Shown here in pieces: positions 55,954 through 64,000 of a DNA stretch of 64,000 nt; positions within the stretch are counted from its first letter, which is position 1, and each line of letters begins with the position of its first letter. The stretch comes from an uncultured Chloroflexia bacterium (GTDB taxonomy: Bacteria; Chloroflexota; Limnocylindria; Limnocylindrales; CSP1-4), in the NCBI GenBank assembly GCA_963713975.1, contig OY970218.1, positions 224,001-288,000 on the forward strand. Reading direction: 5' to 3'. The position numbers and the translations under genes are program-made. The notes beneath the pieces are model-generated. The model was not told where the DNA came from, did not search any database, and saw nothing but the letters and a program-made list of their open reading frames with translations.

Positions 55954-56625
55954 ATGCGCTGGCGGCGCGAGGTCCGCTGGACACCCCGCGACCTGGGCTG
56001 GCGCATCGGTGCGCTGTTCATCGTCGGTTCGTTCCTGTTCGCCCTCGGGGCGTTCCCGCCGTACTTCAACCTGGTCGATCCCCGGCTCGTGGCCGTCACG
56101 TTCGCGGCCGGGTCGGTGTTCTTCACATCCGCCGGCTACAGCCAGTTCCTCCAGGCGCTCAACGAGGGTTCGGAGACGTTCCGCTTCATCGGGGCAAGGC
56201 CGCGGGACATGGTGTGGTGGGCGGTAACCGTGCAGCTCGCCGGCACCATCTTCTTCAACATCAGCACGTTCGGCGCCCTCGTACAGGGCCTCGACACGCA
56301 GCGGGTCGACCGGCTGGTCTGGACGCCGGACATCTTCGGCTCGATCGCGTTCCTCGTGGCGAGCGCCCTCGCATGGATCGCGCTCGTCGGGTTCCGGTGG
56401 GCCGTCAGAAGCGGCGTCGCCGACTGGTGGATCAACCTGCTCAACGCCGTCGGCTCGATCTTCTTCATGCTGTCCGCGATCGCGGCGCTGGTCCTGCCGA
56501 CCACGGACGAGATGGTGAGCATCACGATCGTGAACGCCGGCACGTTCTTCGGCGCCGCGTGCTTCCTGGTCGGCGGCTACCTGCTCTGGCCGGCGGAGGC
56601 ATCGCAGGGCCAGCGCGACACCTGA
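55954..56625 (+). CDS. YrhK-like polytopic membrane protein
   Basis: Repeated GS..F motifs (GSFLF, GSVFF, GTIFF, GSIAF, GSIFF); about 6 TM. Confidence 0.78.
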   Translation: MRWRREVRWTPRDLGWRIGALFIVGSFLFALGAFPPYFNLVDPRLVAVTFAAGSVFFTSAGYSQFLQALNEGSETFRFIGARPRDMVWWAVTVQLAGTIFFNISTFGALVQGLDTQRVDRLVWTPDIFGSIAFLVASALAWIALVGFRWAVRSGVADWWINLLNAVGSIFFMLSAIAALVLPTTDEMVSITIVNAGTFFGAACFLVGGYLLWPAEASQGQRDT

Positions 56626-56635
56626 CCCGGGCTCC

Positions 56636-57466
56636 TCAGGCGGGCGTCGCCCGCCGATCCCGCCCCGCGGCCCGCAGCGCGACCTCGATGAACGGACGGA
56701 GTCGCGTGGAGATGTCCAGCTCCGTCCGCCTGAAGCCGGCCAGCTTCTCGGCCTCGCTGCCTTCGACCTCTGATGGGTCGTCGAGACCCCAGTGGAGCGT
56801 GTTCTCCGAGCCCGGGAACACCGGGCATGTCTGGCGGGCGCGGTCGCAGACCGTGATGACGTAGTCGAACCGCTGGTCGAGGAACTCCGTGATCGGCTTG
56901 CTACGGGCGCCGGACCAGTCGATGCCATGATCAGCAAGCACCCGCACGGCGTAGGGATTGACCTGCGAGACCTCGGTGCCGGCCGAGAACACCTCAAAGG
57001 CGGTGCCGCCGTATTCGCGCAGGAGCGCCTCGGCGATCTGGCTGCGGGCGCTGTTGTGGGTGCACACGAAGAGCACGCGGATGGGACGGTCGGACACGGG
57101 TCGCTTCCTCCTCGCGCGGCCGGCTGCCGCGATGGTCATCTCCAGGTCCATGAGCTCCCCCTCGAGCCGGTCGAGGTCGGCACGCTGGCGGGCGATGACC
57201 TCATGCTGCTCTGCGAGCAGTGGCGCGAGGTCGATGTCGATCCCGCCGGGGTCGAGGCAGAGACGCGCGAGCCGACCAGCGTCCTCAGGCCCGAGCCCCA
57301 GCCGTCGCAGCGCAACGAGCAGGCGCAGCCGGGCAAGATCCGCCTCGCCGTAGTCGCGGTAGCCGTTCTCGCGCCGGGGTGCGACGGGCAGGACGCCCGC
57401 CTGTTCGTACCAGCGGACAGCCGAGGCCGCGATCCCGGCGCGACGAGCAAGCTCGGCGATCCTCAC
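56636..57466 (-). CDS. MerR-family HTH fused to LMW-PTP-type arsenate reductase ArsC
   Basis: MRIAELA..AVRWYEQAG..RRENGYRDY, then CTHNSARSQ, TVCDRARQTCPVFPG and HWGLDDP. Confidence 0.88.
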   Translation of the reverse strand: MRIAELARRAGIAASAVRWYEQAGVLPVAPRRENGYRDYGEADLARLRLLVALRRLGLGPEDAGRLARLCLDPGGIDIDLAPLLAEQHEVIARQRADLDRLEGELMDLEMTIAAAGRARRKRPVSDRPIRVLFVCTHNSARSQIAEALLREYGGTAFEVFSAGTEVSQVNPYAVRVLADHGIDWSGARSKPITEFLDQRFDYVITVCDRARQTCPVFPGSENTLHWGLDDPSEVEGSEAEKLAGFRRTELDISTRLRPFIEVALRAAGRDRRATPA

Positions 57467-58181
57467 CGGTAGCCGCGCGCCTCGCGGAGCTGCGCGGCGA
57501 ACTCGACGGGCAGATCGGTCGCCTCGATCGCGCGGGCTGCCGCCTCCACGTCGTAGGCGACGCGCCGGAACTCGACCTTGTCCGCGACTGTATCTAGGAG
57601 CGCCCAGCAGGCGCGCGGGTCGCCGTCCTTGGGCTTGCCGGCGGATCCGACATTGATGAACCGGGTGCCGGCTACCGTCTTGTCGTAGGGCTTGTGGGTG
57701 TGGCCGCAGACGATGACGTCTGCAGCAGCCCCCGCCGCGATCCGCGCGAAGGTCTCATCGGGCTTGTCCTCGTAGAGGTACTCGTTGATCCGCCGCGGGC
57801 TGCCATGGACGAGCAGGTAGCGCCTGCCGTCGATCTCGAACCGGATCTCCGGATGCAGCGTCCTCAGCCAGGCCGTATTCGTCTCGCTCGTGTGCGCCTT
57901 CGTCCATGCGAAGCCGGCGTCACCCTCGGCCTTGTCGCGTTCCTTGACGTAGGCACAGCCGCACTCGGCTCGTCCGAACCCCGTGCCGTCGTCGTAGTTG
58001 CCCATGACGATCGGGAAGCCCTCGGCCGCCAGGCGCTCCAGCACCTCATTGGGCCAGGGGCGTAGCCAACGAGGTCGCCCAGGGCATACCGCGCGTCTAC
58101 GTCGGCACCCTCGATGTCGGCGAGTACGGCCTCCAGGGCGGGCAGGTTGGCATGAACGTCGGAGAAGATCGCAATGCGCAT
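57463..58181 (-). CDS. Metallophosphoesterase (YfcE-like, CGC motif), frameshifted near 58058
   Basis: SDVHAN, GDLVGY, GNYD, ECGCAY, HGSP, GHTH and [10 protein letters not shown]. One C missing in a C run splits the ORF between 57864-58181 and 57463-58263. Confidence 0.85.
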
Positions 58182-58187
58182 GCCGGT

Positions 58188-58218
58188 AGCGTAGACCTTC
58201 GAGTGGCTTGAAGGTCAA
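58188..58218 (-). promoter_or_regulatory. MerR-type promoter with 19-bp spacer and dyad operator
   Basis: TTGACC-19 bp-TACGCT-6 nt-ATG; dyad GACCTTCAAG-CCA-CTCGAAGGTC spans the spacer. Confidence 0.85.
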
Positions 58219-58360
58219 GCGGGGAACCGGGCCGTGCGACTGGCTTGACGGGTGCCCCCGCATGTGCGGCGCGTGCTCTCCGGGCTCCGCCGCCGACCGG
58301 CGCCACGGCCGATCGGGGTCCGGGCCGTCGGGTCCCGGTTCGTGACACTCGGCATGTTTG

Positions 58361-58399
58361 ACATCTCACGTACCCGTGACACATTAGGGCTTGAGATGT
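58361..58399 (+). promoter_or_regulatory. Putative ArsR operator/promoter, copy 1
   Basis: ATCTCA-N8-TGACACA-N7-TTGAGATGT, same spacing as 59677-59715; TTGACA at 58358. Confidence 0.65.
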
Positions 58400-59145
58400 T
58401 GCTTGTCTTGACACCCCTGCTGTTCGGCCTCAGCTTCCTGTCCGGGATGCTGGGCCTGGGCGTGGCGTTCGTTGCAATCCCGGTACTCGGACTGTTCGGG
58501 TACGACCTCAAGGACGTCATCCAGCCGTGGGCGCTCCTCCTCAACGGCCTCACCGCCATCAGCGCCGCAATCGCGTTCTGGAAGGCCGGGATGGTCGACA
58601 AGCGGGGAGCGCTGCTCCTGATCGTGATCACCACGATCTGCGCGCCGATCGGCGTCTGGCTGCTCCAGTTCGCCTCGACCGAGCTCGTGTGGTGGCTGTA
58701 CGTCGGCGTTCTGGTGTTCCTCGCAGTGCGCATGCTGATGCCGAAACGTGCCTCGACCGAGGTCGTCGCTGAGATCGCGGATGCCAATCGCGGGAGGGCG
58801 GCGGTGGCCGCCGCACCGATCTCGGTCTTCGCGGGGTTCCTGGGTGTAGGGCCCGGCTTCCTGCTGATGCCGACCCTGGCACTCGTCGGGTACAGCGCGC
58901 GCCTGGCAGCCGCCACCAACTCGGTCGTCGTGATCGTGCCCTCCTTTTCGGCATTCGCCTCGCACCTCGGTACTGCGAGCTTCGACTGGCCGACCGTGAT
59001 CGTGACCTCCATCGCATGCGTCATCGGCTCGTGGCTGGGGGCGCGCTTCACGGCCGGCAGGGTCAAGAGCGCCACCCTCTCGCGGATCTTCGCCATTGCC
59101 CTCGTCGTGCTCGCGGTGCAGCGGGCGTGGATACTGCTGTCATAG
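58396..59145 (+). CDS. TauE/SafE (DUF81) sulfur-compound exporter
   Basis: SGMLGLG...IP and GFLGVGPGFL..P repeats, AAATNS, about 8 TM. Confidence 0.88.
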   Translation: MLLVLTPLLFGLSFLSGMLGLGVAFVAIPVLGLFGYDLKDVIQPWALLLNGLTAISAAIAFWKAGMVDKRGALLLIVITTICAPIGVWLLQFASTELVWWLYVGVLVFLAVRMLMPKRASTEVVAEIADANRGRAAVAAAPISVFAGFLGVGPGFLLMPTLALVGYSARLAAATNSVVVIVPSFSAFASHLGTASFDWPTVIVTSIACVIGSWLGARFTAGRVKSATLSRIFAIALVVLAVQRAWILLS

Positions 59146-59191
59146 GTGGCTCCGCCCCGTGCGCTGTCCGCCGCCCGACCGGAGATGTGGT

Positions 59192-59521
59192 ATGCGCACT
59201 GAACTTCCCATCCTGGGAGACCTGCGGATGGACCTGGCCTCGCCAGACGTGGCAGACGCCGCTTCGGCAGCTGCGCTCCTCGCCGACCCGATCCGGGCGA
59301 GCATCGTGAAGATGCTCCGCGGTGGGCCTGTCTGCGTCTGCGAGATGGCCGCTGCGCTGAAGGCACGCGAGAACAACGTGAGCAATCACCTCGCCCGGCT
59401 CCGAGACGCCGGTCTCGTGCGTGCCAGCAAGTACGGCGCCGACACGCGTCGGGTCTACTACGAGCGTGATGCCGCGGCGTGCGAACGCGCGCTCGAGGCC
59501 CTGAGGGACGTGCTGCGCTGA
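59192..59521 (+). CDS. ArsR/SmtB repressor (CVCE type), copy 1
   Basis: LADPIR..I, VCVCEM, VSNHLARLRDAGLV and VYY motifs. Confidence 0.9.
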   Translation: MRTELPILGDLRMDLASPDVADAASAAALLADPIRASIVKMLRGGPVCVCEMAAALKARENNVSNHLARLRDAGLVRASKYGADTRRVYYERDAAACERALEALRDVLR

Positions 59522-59676
59522 AGAACGTCGGAAGGGCCCCAGGAGACGGTCAGGATCTTGCGCAAGGGGCGCGGGCCACGGGCACTGAATGAGGGCGGAC
59601 GAGCGGCAGCCCAGGCCCGCGGCAGGGCGTAGGACGGGTCACAAGGATGCTGGGTAGGGGCCATCCGGCCCACGAT

Positions 59677-59715
59677 GTATCTCAGATCCTACTGATACAG
59701 TCGTGGTTGAGATGT
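59677..59715 (+). promoter_or_regulatory. Putative ArsR operator/promoter, copy 2
   Basis: ATCTCA-N8-TGATACA-N7-TTGAGATGT containing a TACAGT -10. Confidence 0.65.
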
Positions 59716-59745
59716 ATCCCCTCCCACCGTCCGTCGAGGCCCTCC

Positions 59746-60075
59746 ATGGCGATTGAGCTGCCCGTCCTTCCCGATCTCCGGCTGGGCCTGGTGCCGCCGA
59801 ACGTTGGTCCGTCGGTCGAGGTCGCGATGCTCCTTGCCGATCGCAACCGGATGGCGATCCTTGCCCTGCTGCGCTCGGGTCCGCACTGCGTGTGCGAGAT
59901 GGCCGCCGCTCTCGGTTCGCGCGAGAACAACGTCAGCAACCACTTGGCGCGCCTTCGTGACGCAGGTCTTGTGAAGGCCGCCCGAGTGTCGCCTGACCAG
60001 CGACGCGTCTACTACGAGCGGGATGAGGCCGCTGTCTCAGAGGCCATTGCGACGCTGATCGGAGTGGTCCGATGA
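59746..60075 (+). CDS. ArsR/SmtB repressor (CVCE type), copy 2
   Basis: LADRNRMAIL, HCVCEM and RENNVSNHLARLRDAGLV motifs. Confidence 0.9.
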   Translation: MAIELPVLPDLRLGLVPPNVGPSVEVAMLLADRNRMAILALLRSGPHCVCEMAAALGSRENNVSNHLARLRDAGLVKAARVSPDQRRVYYERDEAAVSEAIATLIGVVR

Positions 60076-61118
60076 CCACCCTTGCAGTCCGGCGCCCGGC
60101 AATTCCCTTCTGGGCAACCGTCGCGGGCGGGGCGGTGCTCTGGTTGATCGCATGGTTCATGACCCTGCCACTCGCCAACTGGCTCACCTATGACCTGCTC
60201 GGACTGGAACAGGGCTCACAGTTCGGTGACGCCGTCGCGTTCTTCCTGTACGACGTCCCGAAGGTCCTGCTTCTGCTGACCGGGATCGTCACGCTCGTCT
60301 CGTTCCTTCGATCATTCGTGTCACCAGAGCGGGTGCGCCGGACCCTCGCCGGCCGCGGCGTCCTCCCGGGGACGATGGCCGCCGCGGGTTTCGGGGTCGT
60401 GACGCCGTTCTGCTCCTGCTCCGCCGTGCCGCTGTTCATCGGCTTCGTGGAGGCCGGAGTGCCGCTGGGCGTGACCTTCGCGTTCCTCGTCGCCTCGCCG
60501 ATGGTCAACGAGGTCGCGATCGTGCTGCTCTGGGGGCTGTTCGGTCCTGGCGTCGCGATCGCCTACATGGCCGCCGGCCTCGTGGTCGCGATCTTGGCCG
60601 GACTCCTGATCGGGAAGCTCCACCTCGAGCGCTATGTCGAGGACTATGTCTGGCAGATCCAGGCGGGTACGGGCGCAGCGTCGGTCGAGTTCAAGCCGAC
60701 GCCCGAGGATCGCGTGCGGGACGCTTGGCGCTCGACGGTCGACATCATCCGGCGCGTGCTCCCGTTCGTCGTCGTGGGCATCGGGATCGGGGCCCTCATC
60801 CACGGGTTTGTGCCCACGGACTTCGTCCTGTCTGTTGGTGGCACGGAAAACCCGCTGGCTGTCCCGGTGCTCGTGACCCTGGGCGTTCCGCTGTACAGCA
60901 ACGCCGCGGGCATGATCCCGATCGTCGAGGCGCTGATCGGGAAGGGCCTGCCGCTGGGTTCCGCCCTCGCGTTCATGATGGCCGTCACCGCCCTCTCCTT
61001 GCCCGAGCTCGTGATCTTGCGCAAGGTCATGAAGCCGCACTTGATCGCCGTTTTCGTCGGTGTCGTCGGAGCGGGAATCCTCCTCGTCGGCTACGGCTTC
61101 AACGCCTTCATCAACTGA
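60072..61118 (+). CDS. DUF318/ArsP-type permease
   Basis: FFLYDVPK, TPFCSCSAVP, GVPLYSNAAG and TALSLPE motifs. Confidence 0.9.
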   Translation: MTTLAVRRPAIPFWATVAGGAVLWLIAWFMTLPLANWLTYDLLGLEQGSQFGDAVAFFLYDVPKVLLLLTGIVTLVSFLRSFVSPERVRRTLAGRGVLPGTMAAAGFGVVTPFCSCSAVPLFIGFVEAGVPLGVTFAFLVASPMVNEVAIVLLWGLFGPGVAIAYMAAGLVVAILAGLLIGKLHLERYVEDYVWQIQAGTGAASVEFKPTPEDRVRDAWRSTVDIIRRVLPFVVVGIGIGALIHGFVPTDFVLSVGGTENPLAVPVLVTLGVPLYSNAAGMIPIVEALIGKGLPLGSALAFMMAVTALSLPELVILRKVMKPHLIAVFVGVVGAGILLVGYGFNAFIN

Positions 61119-61144
61119 TCGCATACTGATCGAAAGGAGCACCC

Positions 61145-61381
61145 ATGAAGAAGATCGAGGTCCTGGGACCAGGCTGCAACAATTGCGTCCGCCTCGAGAA
61201 GAACACACGCGAGGCACTCGCGATCGCGGGCATCGAGGCGGAGGTGGTCAAGGTCACCGATTACGCCGAGATCATGGCCTACGGGATCATGAGCACCCCC
61301 GGCCTTGTCGTGGACGGAAGGGTCGTGAGCTACGGGCGCGTCCCGTCCGCAGCCGACATCGTTCCGCTGCTGGGCGACTGA
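61145..61381 (+). CDS. Small redox-active disulfide protein (MTH895/thioredoxin-like)
   Basis: IEVLGPGCNNC and YGIMSTPGLVVDG..GRVP; AAGGAG RBS. Confidence 0.92.
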   Translation: MKKIEVLGPGCNNCVRLEKNTREALAIAGIEAEVVKVTDYAEIMAYGIMSTPGLVVDGRVVSYGRVPSAADIVPLLGD

Positions 61382-61387
61382 CCGGAC

Positions 61388-61981
61388 TCAGGGCCTCGGG
61401 CGCCCCTGGCTGGCCCGCTCGTCACGCGCGGCCAGCGTGGCGGTCTGCTCGATCCGGGCCGCGCGCGTCGCGGGCCGCTTCGCCTGCCGGATCCACCCCA
61501 GGATCATGCGGCGCGCGGAGGGCGGAAAGCCGGCCCAGTGATCCGCGGCGGGCGGGTTGGCATCGAGCGCCGCCCGCAGGTCGTCCGGCACCACCAGGTT
61601 CTCGACGTCGTCGAGCATCGTCCAGCTGCCGTTCTCCTTCGCGCGCTCGATGGCCGCCAGGCCGGCCGGCGCCATCAGCCCCGCCGCGGTGAGGAGCTCC
61701 ACCCGCGCCTTGTTGGTGCGGGCCCAGCCGCTGCGTGGCCGCCGCGGGGCGTAGTACTGCCTGCGACGTTGCTCGTCGACCGTCCCGGCAGTGCCGTCGA
61801 TCCACCCGAAGCACAGCGCCTCCAGGACGCCTTCCTCGTACCCGAGCACGCCATGCCCGTGGCCGGCACGCCAGGTGACGAGCCACGCGTTCGCGGCGGT
61901 CGCGTGGTTGGCCTCCAGCCAAGCGCGCCACTCCTCGCTCGTCTCGCACTGGACCAGGGGGGCGTCGTCGAACGCGGACAT
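61388..61981 (-). CDS. YdeI/OmpD-associated family protein
   Basis: WRAWLEANH, EALCFGWID, W...NK.R and AKRPATRAARI motifs. TACACT lies 7 nt before ATG. Confidence 0.9.
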   Translation of the reverse strand: MSAFDDAPLVQCETSEEWRAWLEANHATAANAWLVTWRAGHGHGVLGYEEGVLEALCFGWIDGTAGTVDEQRRRQYYAPRRPRSGWARTNKARVELLTAAGLMAPAGLAAIERAKENGSWTMLDDVENLVVPDDLRAALDANPPAADHWAGFPPSARRMILGWIRQAKRPATRAARIEQTATLAARDERASQGRPRP

Positions 61982-62012
61982 GGCGCGGAGTGTATGGCGC
62001 AACCGCACGGGC

Positions 62013-62690
62013 ATGTCTCGGGTTCCCCATGATGTGCCCGTGCTTCCTGCTGCCCTGTCCGATGCCGACCTGCCCGCCGCAGTCGCGATCCTCGCCGCGC
62101 GTGATGAGGGCCTCGCCGCCATTGCCGAACGCTTCGGCACCCCGCCACTGTGGGCCAGGGAGCCAGGCTTCCCAACGCTCGTCCACCTGATCCTGGAGCA
62201 GCAGGTGTCGCTGGCCTCCGCGCTGGCCGCCTTCGATCGCCTGGTGGCCGCGACCGACCCCCTGACACCCGAGGCCCTCCTGGCGCTGGACGATGCGCAG
62301 CTGCTGGCCATCGGGTTCAGCCGCCAGAAGGCCAGGTATGCGCGGGCCCTCGGCGTCGCGGTCCGGGACGGTGCGCTCGACCTGCCCGATCTCGCCTCGG
62401 CGGACGACGACGAGGTGGACCGACGGCTCACGACGCTGCCGGGCATCGGGCCCTGGACGGCGACCATCTACCGGCTGATGGTGCTGCTGCGACCGGACGC
62501 ATGGCCGATCCATGACATCGCGCTGGCCCAGGCGATCGCGGAGGTGCGCGGGCTCTCGACCCGCCCTTCGCCCGAGGAGCTGCACGCCATCGCCGAGGCC
62601 TGGCGCCCGTGGCGCGCGGTCGCGGCCAGGCTCTTGTGGCACCACTACCTGTCGGTGCGGGCCGAACGCCGTGCCGGCCGGCGCGCCTGA
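62013..62690 (+). CDS. DNA-3-methyladenine glycosylase II (AlkA family); start 62013 or GTG 62040
   Basis: ILEQQVSLASA, GFSRQK, HhH LPGIGPWTA, D and WRPWR motifs. Confidence 0.9.
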   Translation: MSRVPHDVPVLPAALSDADLPAAVAILAARDEGLAAIAERFGTPPLWAREPGFPTLVHLILEQQVSLASALAAFDRLVAATDPLTPEALLALDDAQLLAIGFSRQKARYARALGVAVRDGALDLPDLASADDDEVDRRLTTLPGIGPWTATIYRLMVLLRPDAWPIHDIALAQAIAEVRGLSTRPSPEELHAIAEAWRPWRAVAARLLWHHYLSVRAERRAGRRA

Positions 62691-62693
62691 GGG

Positions 62694-64000
62694 CTAGGAG
62701 CCCGTCCTCGACCCCGCCTTGGCCCGGTCCCGGTCCGTCACGATCCGCTGCGCGGCGAACTTGCCGGGGGCGCCGGTCACGCAGCCGCCCGGATGCGTCC
62801 CGGAGCCGCACTGGTAGTACCCGCCGATCGGCGTCCGGTAGTCGGCCCAGCCGGGTGCCGGCCGGAAGCTGAACATCTGGGGAGCGAGGAGCTCGCCGTG
62901 GAAGATGTTGCCCTCCGTCAGGCCCGCCACCTGCTCGATGTCGAGCGGCGTGACCACCTCGCGCTGCAGGACCAGGTCCCCGAACCCGGGGAAGAACGAC
63001 TCCAGCGTGCGCTGGACGGTGTCGCCCAAGTTCTGGCGCTCGACGTTCCAGTCGCTCTCGCGGAGCTGGTACGGGACCCACTGGACGAAGCAGGACATGA
63101 CGTGCTTGCCGGGTGGTGCCATGTCCGGGTCGATCGTGCTCTGGATGGCACAGTCGAGGTACGGCCGGGTGCTGTACCAGCCGTACTTCGCCTCGTCGTA
63201 GGCGCGCTCGAGGTAGTCCAGGCTCGGGGCCACGTTGGTGAAGCCACGGTAGTGGTCCTCGCGGTCCGACAACGCCGGGTAGGTGGGGAGCCCGTCGAGC
63301 GCGAAGTTGACCTTTGCCGACGTGCCCTGGAACCGGTAGCGCCGGATCGCGTCCACGAGGTCCGACGGCAGCTCCCGCGGGTCCACCAGCTCCATGAACG
63401 TCCGGCGCGGGTCCAGCGCGGAGACGACCACCGGGGCGTGGTACTCCGTGCCATCTTCGAGGGCGACGCCGGTCGCCCGGCCATCCCTCGTGATCACGTT
63501 CGCCACCGGGGACTCGAGGCGGATCTCCGCCCCCAGCGCCGTCGCCGCGCGTGACAGCACCTGCGTGAAGCCGCCGTTGCCGCCCTTGTGGAACGACCAC
63601 GCGCCCATCACCCCGTCGTGCTCGCCAAGCAGGTGGTAGAGCAGCACCAGCCCCGAACCCTGCGAGCGCGGCCCGACCTTGGTTCCGATGATCGAGGAGC
63701 TGGCGAGGTAGCCCTTGATGATCTCCGACTCGAAGTAGTCGTCGAGGAAGTCCGCCGCGCTGCCCGTCAGCAGCCGGACCGCGTTGTGCAGGACGTCCTT
63801 GGGCAGCGCCTTGAACCGGGCCCCGAGGCCGGCCAGGGCGAGCAGCTCCTCAGGGTCATCGCTGAACAGGTTGGGCGGCGGCGCGTCCATCAGCGGCTTG
63901 AACGCCTGGAGGACCTTGCCCAGGTCCTTGTCGAAGCGGTCGTAGGCGTCCGCATCGTGCCGGGAGTGGCGGGCGATCTCCTGCTGGTTGGCGCCGTGGT
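62694..64000 (-). CDS. Phytoene desaturase-like FAD oxidoreductase (PYROXD2-like), 5'-truncated by window edge
   Basis: KGGNGG, DPDMAPPGKH, TPLDIE, GNIFHGE and CGSGTHPGG.VTGAPG; frame runs open to the window end. Confidence 0.88.
   Translation of the reverse strand, partial: HGANQQEIARHSRHDADAYDRFDKDLGKVLQAFKPLMDAPPPNLFSDDPEELLALAGLGARFKALPKDVLHNAVRLLTGSAADFLDDYFESEIIKGYLASSSIIGTKVGPRSQGSGLVLLYHLLGEHDGVMGAWSFHKGGNGGFTQVLSRAATALGAEIRLESPVANVITRDGRATGVALEDGTEYHAPVVVSALDPRRTFMELVDPRELPSDLVDAIRRYRFQGTSAKVNFALDGLPTYPALSDREDHYRGFTNVAPSLDYLERAYDEAKYGWYSTRPYLDCAIQSTIDPDMAPPGKHVMSCFVQWVPYQLRESDWNVERQNLGDTVQRTLESFFPGFGDLVLQREVVTPLDIEQVAGLTEGNIFHGELLAPQMFSFRPAPGWADYRTPIGGYYQCGSGTHPGGCVTGAPGKFAAQRIVTDRDRAKAGSRTGS

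Noticed and set aside
1-64000. tRNA, rRNA, tmRNA, RNase P, SRP, integrase, transposase, prophage or defence genes
   Set aside because: No diagnostic motifs seen by manual reading.

Overview
High-GC (roughly 70-73%) bacterial chromosomal window. Gene content and style suggest Chloroflexota, probably Limnocylindria/Ellin6529-like (inference: a Chloroflexi-type SWIM protein, many leaderless genes, actinobacteria-like DnaA boxes). About 55 genes are supported, and most ORFs in the six-frame track are GC-rich shadow frames. Main blocks: adenosine deaminase, HAD, NYN and ccsA; a c-di-GMP-II riboswitch before a small orphan protein; an accessory segment (SRPBCC, RidA, MalT-type LuxR, F420 enzymes) bounded by repeated pseudogene fragments; class II ribonucleotide reductase nrdJ with six DnaA-box-like motifs at 21-bp periodicity plus tandem NrdR boxes; DegV, SPFH and RHH; GT-C glycosyltransferases; an RpoD-like sigma factor with a CsoR-like operator and a structured divergent leader; a two-component system; a large purine-catabolism-like cluster (two Xdh-type Mo enzymes, SsnA, PreA-like, two PLP enzymes, two carbamoyltransferases); glutamate decarboxylase; and an arsenic/thiol-redox island with a MerR-ArsC fusion and twin ArsR. 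A 157-bp rod-folding repeat occurs twice. No rRNA, tRNA, CRISPR array, integrase or transposase was seen. Two single-C frameshifts in C runs suggest homopolymer sequencing errors.
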